Part shown: piece after piece, positions 39,296 to 48,245 of the stretch
How the letters are laid out: each line of letters opens with the position of its first letter
Position numbering within the stretch: position 1 is the first letter of the stretch
Origin: Candidatus Woesearchaeota archaeon
Lineage (GTDB): Archaea > Nanobdellota > Nanobdellia > SCGC-AAA011-G17 > UBA489
Direction: 5' to 3'
Assembly: GCA_964367375.1 (NCBI GenBank)
Contig: CAYIXG010000001.1
Location: 148,254-212,253, forward strand
DNA length: 64,000 nt
The notes under the pieces: model-generated
Databases searched by the model: none
What the model was told of the DNA's origin: nothing
Seen by the model: the letters and a program-made list of their open reading frames with translations, nothing else
Made by a program: the position numbers and the translations under genes

Positions 39296-40969
39296 ATGAG
39301 CATGAAGGAAGAGCTTGCTGTTGTGTTGCGCAAGGAATTGGGAGAAGAGGTTTTTGACATTCTTGAAGTTCCTCCTGATGATAATCTAGGTGATGTTGCG
39401 TTGCCGTGTTTTTCGCTTGCGAAGAAGTGGAGGAAATCTCCGCAGGCAATTGCAGATGATGTTGCAGGGAGGGTGAAGGCATCTTTTCTCGATAAAGTTG
39501 TGGTGGTGGGTGCGTATGTGAATTTTTTTGTGAAGAAGGAGTATGTTGCAGAGCATATTTTAGAAGAAATTCTAGCGAAGAAGGAGAAATTTGGCAGCCA
39601 GCAGATAAGGAAGGAAAAGATTGTGATTGAGTATCCGTCTCCGAATACGAACAAGCCCTTACATTTGGGTCATTTGAGGAATATTTTTCTCGCGCAGGCA
39701 GTTGCAAACCTTCTACGTTTTTGTGGGAATAAAATAATTCACGTGAATTTGAATAATGATCGGGGGGTGCATATTTGCAAGTCCATGTATGCATATCAGA
39801 AGTTTGGGAATAATAAGCAGCCAGATAAGAAGACAGATCACTTTGTGGGTGATTTTTATGTGTTGTATAGCAAGCAAGTTCCTGAAGGTGGTGAGAGTGA
39901 AATTCAGGAGATGTTGCAGAAGTGGGAGAGTGGTGATAGGCAGGTGCTTGCATTGTGGAAGAAGATGAATGACTGGGCGATGCAGGGGTTTGCTGAAACG
40001 TATGCGCGATTAGAAGTGAAGCATGATAAGACGTATAACGAGCACGAGTTTTATGATAAGGGAAAAGCGCTTGTTGCAGCTGGATTAAAGAAAGGGGTTT
40101 TTTATAGGAATGATGAGGGTGCTGTTGAGGTGGATCTGGAGAAGTATGGATTGGGAAAGAAGGTGTTGTTGCGTCCTGATGGAACGTCTATTTACATCAC
40201 GCAGGATATGTATTTGGCGAAGAAGAAGTTTGATGATTTTAAGATGGATCGTTCATTATATGTTGTGGGTTCTGAGCAGAATCATCATTTCAAAGTCTTG
40301 TTTAAAATATTAGAATTGTTAGGCATGCCGTTTGCGGAGAAGTGTGTGCATCTAAGTTATGGAATGGTGCATTTGCCTGAAGGCAGAATGAAGTCTCGCG
40401 AAGGAACAGTAGTTGATGCTGATGACATCTTGGATGAAGTTGAAGGTCTTGCTTTGGAAGAAATTGAGAAAAGGCATAAGCTATCAAAGGAAGAAGCTGT
40501 GTCTCGGGCAAAGAGTATTGGTCAAGGAGCCTTGCGCTTTTTTGTGTTGAAGTTTGATCCTGCGAAGGACATGGTGTATAATCCTCGAGAGTCATTATCG
40601 TTTGAGGGAGAAACAGGGCCCTATGTGCAGTATACGCACGCGCGGATTTGTTCTATTTTGAGGAAAGTGAACGAAAAACTGAAGAAGGTTGATTGTGCAA
40701 TATATGGTGATGAGGAAATAGTGCTTCTGAAGATGCTTGGTCGATTTCCTGAGGTGGTGAAGGATGCGGCAGTGCATTATAAGCCTTCTGTTGTGGCGCA
40801 TTATGTGATAAAGTTGTGTCAGGAGTTCAACACATTTTATACCCAATGTCCAGTGTTGAAGGCAGAGCCAAAGTTGAGGAATGCACGTCTGGTGTTGATA
40901 GATGCAGTGCGGTTGGTGGTGAAAAACAGCTTGGCATTGGTGCAGATGGATGCGCCTGAGGAGATGTGA
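39296..40969 (+). CDS. argS: Arginine--tRNA ligase
   Basis: EYPSPNTNKPLHLGHLRN, MKSREG, GETGPYVQYTHAR, PEEM C-terminus. Confidence 0.97.
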   Translation: MSMKEELAVVLRKELGEEVFDILEVPPDDNLGDVALPCFSLAKKWRKSPQAIADDVAGRVKASFLDKVVVVGAYVNFFVKKEYVAEHILEEILAKKEKFGSQQIRKEKIVIEYPSPNTNKPLHLGHLRNIFLAQAVANLLRFCGNKIIHVNLNNDRGVHICKSMYAYQKFGNNKQPDKKTDHFVGDFYVLYSKQVPEGGESEIQEMLQKWESGDRQVLALWKKMNDWAMQGFAETYARLEVKHDKTYNEHEFYDKGKALVAAGLKKGVFYRNDEGAVEVDLEKYGLGKKVLLRPDGTSIYITQDMYLAKKKFDDFKMDRSLYVVGSEQNHHFKVLFKILELLGMPFAEKCVHLSYGMVHLPEGRMKSREGTVVDADDILDEVEGLALEEIEKRHKLSKEEAVSRAKSIGQGALRFFVLKFDPAKDMVYNPRESLSFEGETGPYVQYTHARICSILRKVNEKLKKVDCAIYGDEEIVLLKMLGRFPEVVKDAAVHYKPSVVAHYVIKLCQEFNTFYTQCPVLKAEPKLRNARLVLIDAVRLVVKNSLALVQMDAPEEM

Positions 40970-41063
40970 TTGTACTGATTCATTTCTGAAACAGATAATA
41001 AGTATGAGAATAGAAAATTTTATAATGGAAGAGGTTATTATATTAAGATAAAAAGAGATCAAA

Positions 41064-41486
41064 ATGGAAAAAGAAAAAACGAAAACTCCTGCAGGAATTA
41101 TATGGATAGCTATTCTTGATTTTATTGTTGGATTTGTAATAGTGGGAATTCTGCTGTTGATTTATACACTTTCAAATGCATTGTTTGCAAGTCCTGGTCC
41201 TGGATTAGGGAAATTCTTATTCTTTCCTGTGATAATAGGAATTTTATTAATAGGAACAGGGATAAGTATTCTTCTGAGAAAGAAAATTTTCAGAACAGTG
41301 CAGATTGTTGTTTCAATAATCTTATTGGGAGTTTCTGGATGGTTTGTAATTGCATCTATTGCTTCACCTCATGGTGAGGAAAAATTCTGGATACTGCCTG
41401 GATTATGTATAGCATTGATAAATGCCTTTATTATCGTGTATTTAACATTGAACAAAAAAGCAAAGGATCATTTCGAGATTTTGTAA
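41064..41486 (+). CDS. Four-TM membrane protein
   Basis: Four hydrophobic helices, AT-rich. Confidence 0.65.
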   Translation: MEKEKTKTPAGIIWIAILDFIVGFVIVGILLLIYTLSNALFASPGPGLGKFLFFPVIIGILLIGTGISILLRKKIFRTVQIVVSIILLGVSGWFVIASIASPHGEEKFWILPGLCIALINAFIIVYLTLNKKAKDHFEIL

Positions 41487-41581
41487 CGAGCTCTATTTTT
41501 TCCTTGTCCTTGGTTTGAATGATGATGGTGTTGAAAACTAGGTTCCTGTTGCTACACATAGAAGCTCCGGAAGAAATGTAA

Positions 41582-43522
41582 TCAGCCATGTTCAGTAACA
41601 AATGATTCAACAACAAACGGTAGTTGCCTCGGGTCACGAATGGATTGCGCAAATGTGCAATGCCTGCTGAGGATAGGAAAGTAATCTGATGCATGATTGT
41701 CCACGTTTAAGTACACTGTTCTGATGCCACTTGCTTCTGCTTCCATGAACGCCATCGAAGTGTCAATAACAGGGTCTCCGGAAGATCCGCTGCCCACTGG
41801 TCTTCCATCAGAGATGACATACAATGTTTTTTGCTTTGCGTCATGCTGAAGGAGTTCTGCAGTGACGCCTCTGATTGCCACTCCATCTGCGTTTGCGTGT
41901 TCTGGTCTGAGCGCTCCAAGGTTTTCAATTGAAGTGAGAGGGTACAGTGTCGTTCCTCTACCATTAGTGGAGAATGCATACAACAAAACAGTGTCTCCAA
42001 TTGCAGTTAGTCCTTGAGAGATGAGTGCTGCCGCTATTTTTTCCACTTCAATGACTTGCATACCATGGTTAAGGGTGCTGCCAGTGGAGCCACTAATATC
42101 AAGGAGAACTGCTTCAAGAGCATCACGCCGGTGAATGTGAAAGCTGTCAAAAATGGCTGCGGTAGTGCGGAGTGCTGGTGCTGCAAGCACTTCAAGCACT
42201 GCTTCGATGTTAAGATCATGAGGTTCACGCGATTGGAAGACGCGTTGTATCTGGTTTAACCGAAGCCGTTCGAAGTGGCTGATGATGTCATCTCGTTGGG
42301 ATGCATATTTGTCAAGTGCAGCGACAAACGTAGGATTAGAAGAGGTATAAGGCCGAATGTAAACAGTATGAAGGTGCAGGTACGCTTTTCGTAAGTCATC
42401 GTAAGTGATGACTGTGACGCTTCGTTCTTCTTCCACGCGTCCTTCTCCATCAGGGCCAACTCCTGGAAATCTAGGTGTTTCTTGCGAAGGGAGAAGAGTG
42501 TTATCGAGAGATGATCGAGGTGTTTGCGAAGGATCTCTCGTCTTCTTTGAAATATACTTCTTTTCTTCTTTAGGTGTATGTGCTGCTTTTTGTGTGTCTT
42601 TTTTTGGGAGTTTGTAATCGCCAACAAGATCTGTAACAGTTTTTCCTTTTCGTTCTCCCTGGGAGAAGTCGTGTGCATCGCCTCGAAATCCAAGATAAAT
42701 TTTAACTTGGGGTTGCTGCGGAGGATTGTCTGAAGCACTTCCAGATGTTTGAAGAGGGGCGAAAGGTGAAAGTGGGCTAGGAAATTGGGTAAGGAGTTGA
42801 GGGAATGCCTTGCTGAGGAGATCGTATAATTCCGGAAGAACTGCGATGCTTGCCTCGACTGGCTGAGTGTAGACGCGTGAAGTGATGGTGGTAAGTTTCT
42901 TAACAAGTTGGTGAACAGTAGTGATGCCTTGTTGCTGAAGTTGAGGGTTTGAAATAACTGTTGCAAGTGTTTCGCGTTCTGCGTTTTTGATATTCTTGTT
43001 GAATCGTGAGGGTAGTGCGTTGAGGAGGACGTGTGAAAGATATAAATCCATGACGCGCTCGTGCAGTGCTTCGGGAAAAGGTCTTTTGCGTGTAAGATAC
43101 TGGTTTGATTTTGATAAAAGAGTAATGTCTGCTTCTCGTGCAAAGGATGCGGCGTTGTGTTCTATGCGTCCATCTTCAGTGATGTTAAAAATGGAATGTG
43201 CAAGTGCTGGTTGACTAAACTGAGCAAAATAATTTCTCGGATCGAGTAGAAAGGTTCCGCAGCGAATGTGCAGTATTTCGTGAAAAAGGTCTGCTAAATA
43301 CAAGCTCAAGTTTCTGTTGTTAGAGAGGTCTTCTTTTTCATCAGGGAAATCGCTCTTTGCAACAGGTAACATAATGCATTTTCCATCTGTTTGTGGGCGT
43401 TCTCCCTTAACAAGCGGGAAGCTGCCGAGGTAGCTAAAGATGAAGCGGTGAAGATGGGGAAGCGCTTCTTCGAAAGTGACTGTATGCCAGTTGTTTTGGG
43501 AAAAAAGGTGATCGAGGCTCAT
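41582..43522 (-). CDS. CbbO/NorD-like vWA domain protein
   Basis: N-terminal TDG..I.LP, HEILH..GTF, EDGRIE; C-terminal MIDAS DISGST, VIEVEK, YAFSTNGR, ISDGRP, DT..A..EA. Confidence 0.85.
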   Translation of the reverse strand: MSLDHLFSQNNWHTVTFEEALPHLHRFIFSYLGSFPLVKGERPQTDGKCIMLPVAKSDFPDEKEDLSNNRNLSLYLADLFHEILHIRCGTFLLDPRNYFAQFSQPALAHSIFNITEDGRIEHNAASFAREADITLLSKSNQYLTRKRPFPEALHERVMDLYLSHVLLNALPSRFNKNIKNAERETLATVISNPQLQQQGITTVHQLVKKLTTITSRVYTQPVEASIAVLPELYDLLSKAFPQLLTQFPSPLSPFAPLQTSGSASDNPPQQPQVKIYLGFRGDAHDFSQGERKGKTVTDLVGDYKLPKKDTQKAAHTPKEEKKYISKKTRDPSQTPRSSLDNTLLPSQETPRFPGVGPDGEGRVEEERSVTVITYDDLRKAYLHLHTVYIRPYTSSNPTFVAALDKYASQRDDIISHFERLRLNQIQRVFQSREPHDLNIEAVLEVLAAPALRTTAAIFDSFHIHRRDALEAVLLDISGSTGSTLNHGMQVIEVEKIAAALISQGLTAIGDTVLLYAFSTNGRGTTLYPLTSIENLGALRPEHANADGVAIRGVTAELLQHDAKQKTLYVISDGRPVGSGSSGDPVIDTSMAFMEAEASGIRTVYLNVDNHASDYFPILSRHCTFAQSIRDPRQLPFVVESFVTEHG

Positions 43523-44859
43523 GGTACTTTTTTTCCGGTGTTTGCTGTCTGGTTTCTGAAGTAGTCAACAATTGTTTTTGCCCAGTTTCGCGTAGTCCCA
43601 GCAGCAAGTGTTTCTTGTAATCCTGTCAGAAACTGAGATTGATGCTGTGCTTCAGTGGCGAAATGATATGCTTGAGCAACTACAAAAAAGTCTGCAGCGC
43701 TGAGTGTTGTTAGTAATCTTGGATTAGGGATTTTTGTTGCGAGTTCGATCCAAGTAGGCTTATCTGCAGGATGAATGTAACTGTAAACATCTTTTCTGCC
43801 TATTTTTTCAGCAAGGGTAAATGCGGTTTCTCTGGGAACTCCTCCTTGTTCAAATCCGGAGGCAAGAGGAAAATAAGCAGGATTTCTGCGAAAGATGCCT
43901 GTTGCTTGATCAATGAGTGTCGAGAGAGAAAGACGAGGAAGTATTTTGGTGGCAAAGGCAAAGTAATGGAATGCACGAATGATATCTTTCTGTTCATGTT
44001 CATCTAGTTTCTTAAAAAATGGAGCAAACGTTTTGATGCGTTCTTCAGCGCCTTCGATGCATGTATGCAAAGAACTGCCTGTTTCCGCCTTCCATGCAGT
44101 AGCAAGTGTTTTGTAAGCTCTGCTATAAGAAGTTCCAAAGGTACGTAAAACAATTCCTGCTTCTAGAGGGTCTTGGTAATTCCTGAAAAGAGTGCGCCGT
44201 TTAGTTCGGGTGAGCTGCTCGTAAGCGTTAATTGTTTGTTCAGGATCATTGCCAAGGAATTGGGTAAATTCATTCATAGTCTGGGTGTGGTTTGCTGGTT
44301 TTGTTCTTTGAGAGATATAGGATGCAATCTCTGCGCGCACCCAAAGGGTAGAAATTGGTTTTGCACTAGCAATAAGTTGGTTTCGAAGATGTTCTGGAAG
44401 AATGAAAATAGTGCGTTCTGCTTCTGTCGTGCAGCTTGTAACTAAAGTATCTAAGGTTTTTTTCACTGTTTCTGGAGAATTTTTCCAAGCCACTTTCCAA
44501 AGGTAATCAAGAACTAAATGTCCTATGCCTGGAGGTACAGTTGCGAGGCTGCGAGCAAAGCGAACTGCTTCTACAGCTCCGTCAGCGAGCGTGGCTCCAA
44601 TCCTGTCCATAACCATTGGCAATTGTTCGCCGTATTTTCTGAGTTCTGGTTTGATATGGGATAATAATTCTTGGAATTCGTTGTACGTTGGACTGAGAGA
44701 TGTTGGTGGAGTATGTTTTGATCTGGTAATTTCCTGCATCGTTTCATGCACTTCTTGCATGGCTTCGTCTACCTTTTCTTCAAGTTCATCATCTTCAGAG
44801 TTTTCAGTATCAAATGGTTCGTTACCAAAGCCGAGAGAAAGGCCAAGTCTCATGTGCAT
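43519..44859 (-). CDS. Hypothetical helical protein between MoxR ATPase and vWA genes
   Basis: 446 aa; stop overlaps the vWA start; no catalytic motif recognised. Confidence 0.75.
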   Translation of the reverse strand: MHMRLGLSLGFGNEPFDTENSEDDELEEKVDEAMQEVHETMQEITRSKHTPPTSLSPTYNEFQELLSHIKPELRKYGEQLPMVMDRIGATLADGAVEAVRFARSLATVPPGIGHLVLDYLWKVAWKNSPETVKKTLDTLVTSCTTEAERTIFILPEHLRNQLIASAKPISTLWVRAEIASYISQRTKPANHTQTMNEFTQFLGNDPEQTINAYEQLTRTKRRTLFRNYQDPLEAGIVLRTFGTSYSRAYKTLATAWKAETGSSLHTCIEGAEERIKTFAPFFKKLDEHEQKDIIRAFHYFAFATKILPRLSLSTLIDQATGIFRRNPAYFPLASGFEQGGVPRETAFTLAEKIGRKDVYSYIHPADKPTWIELATKIPNPRLLTTLSAADFFVVAQAYHFATEAQHQSQFLTGLQETLAAGTTRNWAKTIVDYFRNQTANTGKKVP

Positions 44860-44865
44860 GCCTCG

Positions 44866-46002
44866 TTAAAAATCAGTGCGCGCTGCTGCGCTTCCGATGA
44901 GGTTGTGGAATTGGGCGAGTGAGGTGACTGCGTCTCGGGTGGTGATGCTTCCCAGTGGTTTCAAGCCGAATTTGCCGTAGCAGATTTGGTCAATAACAAC
45001 ACGGCTGGCGTATACTTGGGCATATTGTGGTTCCATACCTTCGCGGACAAGAAAAGTGTACTGATCAAGTGCTGCTTTTGCAATTCTCAGTGACGGTTTG
45101 TGTAAGGGAACACGAGTAATTTCTCCGATGTCTCGCAAGTAGGTTTTGATTTCTTGTTCAAGCGCTGTCGTGCCGTGGTCTGCAAATGATCGAACAACGG
45201 TAAAGAATCTGGTGAGTGCGTGTGCAAACTCCTTTTGAGTAAGGGAGCGTGGGGGTGTTTCTCGTGCTTTTTCTGGTTTATGAAAAACAGAGTAGGTGGT
45301 AACTTCATCAGTGAGTTCGACTGGTACTATTGGTGGAAGGAAAGAGTTCCAGCGAGAGCCGTTATGGCGGAAAAGCTTTGGGAGCTTTGTTTTTGGATCA
45401 TAAGCTATTGCTCTCTTTTCAAGTTGGAGTGCTTCAGTGTTCCGTAAAGCGAGTGCTGCTTCAAGTGGAGAAGGAAGATAATCAAGATAGAGGTGTACAA
45501 ATCTGTCTGCAACGGATTCTTCAAGTTCTCGGTGGCTGAGCTTGTCGCTCGGGTTATATGATAAAACAGTCATGAAGCCGTCTGCTGCAGGAATGACAGT
45601 GCCATCTCGTCTTGTTATTCGTCTTCGGTCATCAAAGAGGGAGTTCAGTCGTTTTTGCATGCTCCCGCTTAATCGGTCAACTTCGTCTAAGTAGAGGATG
45701 CCTCCTTGCTCTGCTGCTGTTGTTGCGATTGTTGTTGTCCATCGGGTGACAGTACTTCCATTTGCGGATGCAAGTTCTGGTGCGCCAACTAAGGCAGCGT
45801 CAGTCATGTATTCGTCACAGGTGATTTCGCTGAGGGGTCTTCTGAGTAAGGTCTCGAGGCTGGTGACGAGCTCTGTCTTTCCTTGCCCAGGTGGACCTGC
45901 GAGGGCAACGTGCTGTCCGAGACTGTGCGCTAAGACAATACGTTGCACTTCATCAAGTCCTTCAGGAGTGACCTGATTCGCGATGTAACTGATGCTCTGC
46001 AT
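44866..46002 (-). CDS. MoxR AAA+ ATPase, CbbQ/NirQ/NorQ subfamily
   Basis: GPPGQGKT, ITCDEYMTDAALVG, GGILYLDEVD, FDDRRRI, FMTVLSYNP. Confidence 0.88.
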   Translation of the reverse strand: MQSISYIANQVTPEGLDEVQRIVLAHSLGQHVALAGPPGQGKTELVTSLETLLRRPLSEITCDEYMTDAALVGAPELASANGSTVTRWTTTIATTAAEQGGILYLDEVDRLSGSMQKRLNSLFDDRRRITRRDGTVIPAADGFMTVLSYNPSDKLSHRELEESVADRFVHLYLDYLPSPLEAALALRNTEALQLEKRAIAYDPKTKLPKLFRHNGSRWNSFLPPIVPVELTDEVTTYSVFHKPEKARETPPRSLTQKEFAHALTRFFTVVRSFADHGTTALEQEIKTYLRDIGEITRVPLHKPSLRIAKAALDQYTFLVREGMEPQYAQVYASRVVIDQICYGKFGLKPLGSITTRDAVTSLAQFHNLIGSAAARTDF

Positions 46003-46014
46003 AAGACGCTCCTT

Positions 46015-46257
46015 TTACCAGCTTCCTTGTCTCAGTCGTTCGTACAAGGATTTTCCGTCTTGGTATTGCAGTGCTTGTCGAAGCCAGGGTACTACCATCT
46101 GCTTGACGTGTGTGGATTCTGCAATAGGACAGGGTCGCAAGCCTGCGTACACGAGCATGAAAGGGTGCTTAGTTCCTTCTCTGACAATAATGCCTTGAAA
46201 CCCATCAAGCATGCTGATGAGGCTGCGGATCTTGATGCCGTCTGCTGTTTTTGCCAT
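46015..46257 (-). CDS. Small hypothetical protein, first gene of the MoxR operon (possibly HicA-like fold)
   Basis: GGAGG RBS before ATG; 80 aa; REGTKHPFML and VPWLRQAL segments. Confidence 0.65.
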   Translation of the reverse strand: MAKTADGIKIRSLISMLDGFQGIIVREGTKHPFMLVYAGLRPCPIAESTHVKQMVVPWLRQALQYQDGKSLYERLRQGSW

Positions 46258-46400
46258 GGTGTTCCTCCAATGATTTTTTCACCTCCAGAGCAAATGACAA
46301 AAAACATAACATTTATATATAACTGATATAAAGAATATGCTTAATATGCATAATAAAAATAAGGGAGTATAGTGATGAATAGGAGAAATAGGAGACAATC

Positions 46401-47339
46401 ATGAGACGAAAAATAATCAAGCAAGGAAACAATTCCTACACATTAACCATTCCTATTCACTGGATTAAGGAGCATAATCTGGACGGCAGCCAGGATGTGG
46501 AGGTGAATGAGGAAGATGGAAAACTAATGGTTGCAGTGCCATCAGAGATGAAACGGCCGGAAGTGTCATTAAATGTGGATATTAGCAAGTATAATGAGAG
46601 GACAATTAAGGTTGTGGTATTTCAAGCGTATCGGAAGGGATTTGATAAAATGATAGTGACCTATGGTGAGATGAAGCAGCTTGAGGTTGTGCGCTCTCTT
46701 GTTACCAATAGCTTGCTTGGCTTTGAGATTGTGAGCGAGGAGCAAAACAAGTGTGTCATCCAGAATATTGCAGAGCCTTCCTCTGAGAAGTTTGATATTA
46801 TTTTGAGGAAGGAAATGTTGTTGTTGAAGGAAGAAAGTCAAGAGATTTTGCAGCATCTGGAGAAGAACAAGTATGATATCAGAAGAAGGGAAGATATGAA
46901 GGTGATGTTTGACAAGTTAAACAATTTTACGAGAAGGGTGATTGTTCGGGACAAAATAGGAGGCACAAAAAATTCGTATTTTCTCTTTTATTTCACGTCA
47001 AAATTGTCATTGTTGTATCATGCCTATTTCTATTTCTACAAGGCGTATGCGCAAGAGAAGATGAAGAATGTGGACAAAGATATTAAGGAATTGCTCATTA
47101 AGGTGAATGAAAATTATGGGTTGTTATATGATGCTTTTTACAAGAAGAATTTGGATATTGCGCATCAAGTAAAGACAGGCTCTGAGGAGGCCATAAAAAG
47201 GGTTTTTGAGCTGATTGGAGAGAAAAAGGGGATGCAAAATAAGTTACTTATACATATTGCAAACATTGCGCGGGTGACTGCAATGGCATCTACCATTCTC
47301 TTTGGAATTTACTTTGCTGGTGAAGACTCAAGTAAGTAG
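46401..47339 (+). CDS. AbrB-PhoU type phosphate uptake regulator
   Basis: MRRKIIKQGNNSYTLTIP..W AbrB domain, AYRKGFD, LGFEIV, helical PhoU-like C-terminus. Confidence 0.82.
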   Translation: MRRKIIKQGNNSYTLTIPIHWIKEHNLDGSQDVEVNEEDGKLMVAVPSEMKRPEVSLNVDISKYNERTIKVVVFQAYRKGFDKMIVTYGEMKQLEVVRSLVTNSLLGFEIVSEEQNKCVIQNIAEPSSEKFDIILRKEMLLLKEESQEILQHLEKNKYDIRRREDMKVMFDKLNNFTRRVIVRDKIGGTKNSYFLFYFTSKLSLLYHAYFYFYKAYAQEKMKNVDKDIKELLIKVNENYGLLYDAFYKKNLDIAHQVKTGSEEAIKRVFELIGEKKGMQNKLLIHIANIARVTAMASTILFGIYFAGEDSSK

Positions 47340-47980
47340 GCGAGTTTTTTCGAGAGAGGGACAGCATCGCCTATTTTATGTTGAAGGGTGCGAATGCCTA
47401 GCGCGGCAGCAGCAGTAAGATTTCGTTCTTGGTCGTCAATAAATAAGCAGTCTTCTGGAGACAATCCGTGATCTTGAAGAATTCGTTGATATGCGTTTGG
47501 TTCTGGTTTGCGATGGCCAATTTCACAGGAGAAATAACTTCCATCAAAGAAGTCCATGTAATTATATCGTTCTCTATTTCCTCGAAGAATATCAGGATTG
47601 GTATTAGAAAGGATAAACACGCGATATCCTTCAGCTTTTAATTTTTGTGCAACATCAAGAGCATCAGGGTCTACATCAGTAATCAGCATTTCAAGCGCTG
47701 CTTGCATCGCTTTGATATTCTTTGGAGTAGGTTGCATTTTATGATGTTTCAAGACGCGAGACCAGAAATCAGTTGCTGATAATTCTCCTCGGGCGTATTG
47801 GTAGAGGGGGTTATCTGGAGCGTCTGTATAGAGGCGGAATGAGACAACAAGCTCTTCGGGTTTCAGAGCAGGATATCCAATGGATTGTGCAGCTCGGGCA
47901 ACCCGTTCCCAGTCGCTGTCTACCAAAACCTGCTCATTATCAAAAATGATCGCTTTTGGCTTGTTGTTGGTGTTTTTCAT
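47309..47980 (-). CDS. HAD-IA family phosphatase (YihX-like)
   Basis: IIFDNEQVLVD, ILSNT, RKPEP, FIDDQERN; start uncertain (47980 or 48001). Confidence 0.85.
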   Translation of the reverse strand: MKNTNNKPKAIIFDNEQVLVDSDWERVARAAQSIGYPALKPEELVVSFRLYTDAPDNPLYQYARGELSATDFWSRVLKHHKMQPTPKNIKAMQAALEMLITDVDPDALDVAQKLKAEGYRVFILSNTNPDILRGNRERYNYMDFFDGSYFSCEIGHRKPEPNAYQRILQDHGLSPEDCLFIDDQERNLTAAAALGIRTLQHKIGDAVPLSKKLAYLLESSPAK

Positions 47981-48245
47981 GGTCTTTTTACGAAAAGGCA
48001 TTTTATATGCCTTGCCGCTATAGAGAATATGCATGTTGGCTGTGTAAAATCATCAAGAAGGAAAAAGGGGAGTTTTCTCCTTTATAAGGCTTCCTATATT
48101 TTGTTACTAATAAGTGGTTACAATTAGAAAGGTTTAAAAGTAAGAAAAACCGCCAAAAAATAGACCAAACCGTGAAAATAGGAATATATTGAATAGCGGG
48201 AAGGTTTTAGTAAAAAAGGATTGAAAGTTACGTGAAAAATATTAT

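Noticed and set aside
39066..39953. 295-aa minus-strand ORF and other long antisense ORFs (33588-34364, 42256-43143, 58585-59298)
   Set aside because: These are shadow or alternate-frame ORFs over well-supported genes, with low-complexity S/H/L/P composition explained by strand skew.
41582..46002. Calling these genes norQ/norD of a nitric oxide reductase
   Set aside because: No norB/norC is in the window, and motifs alone cannot distinguish NorQD from CbbQO or other clients, so no gene symbols were assigned.
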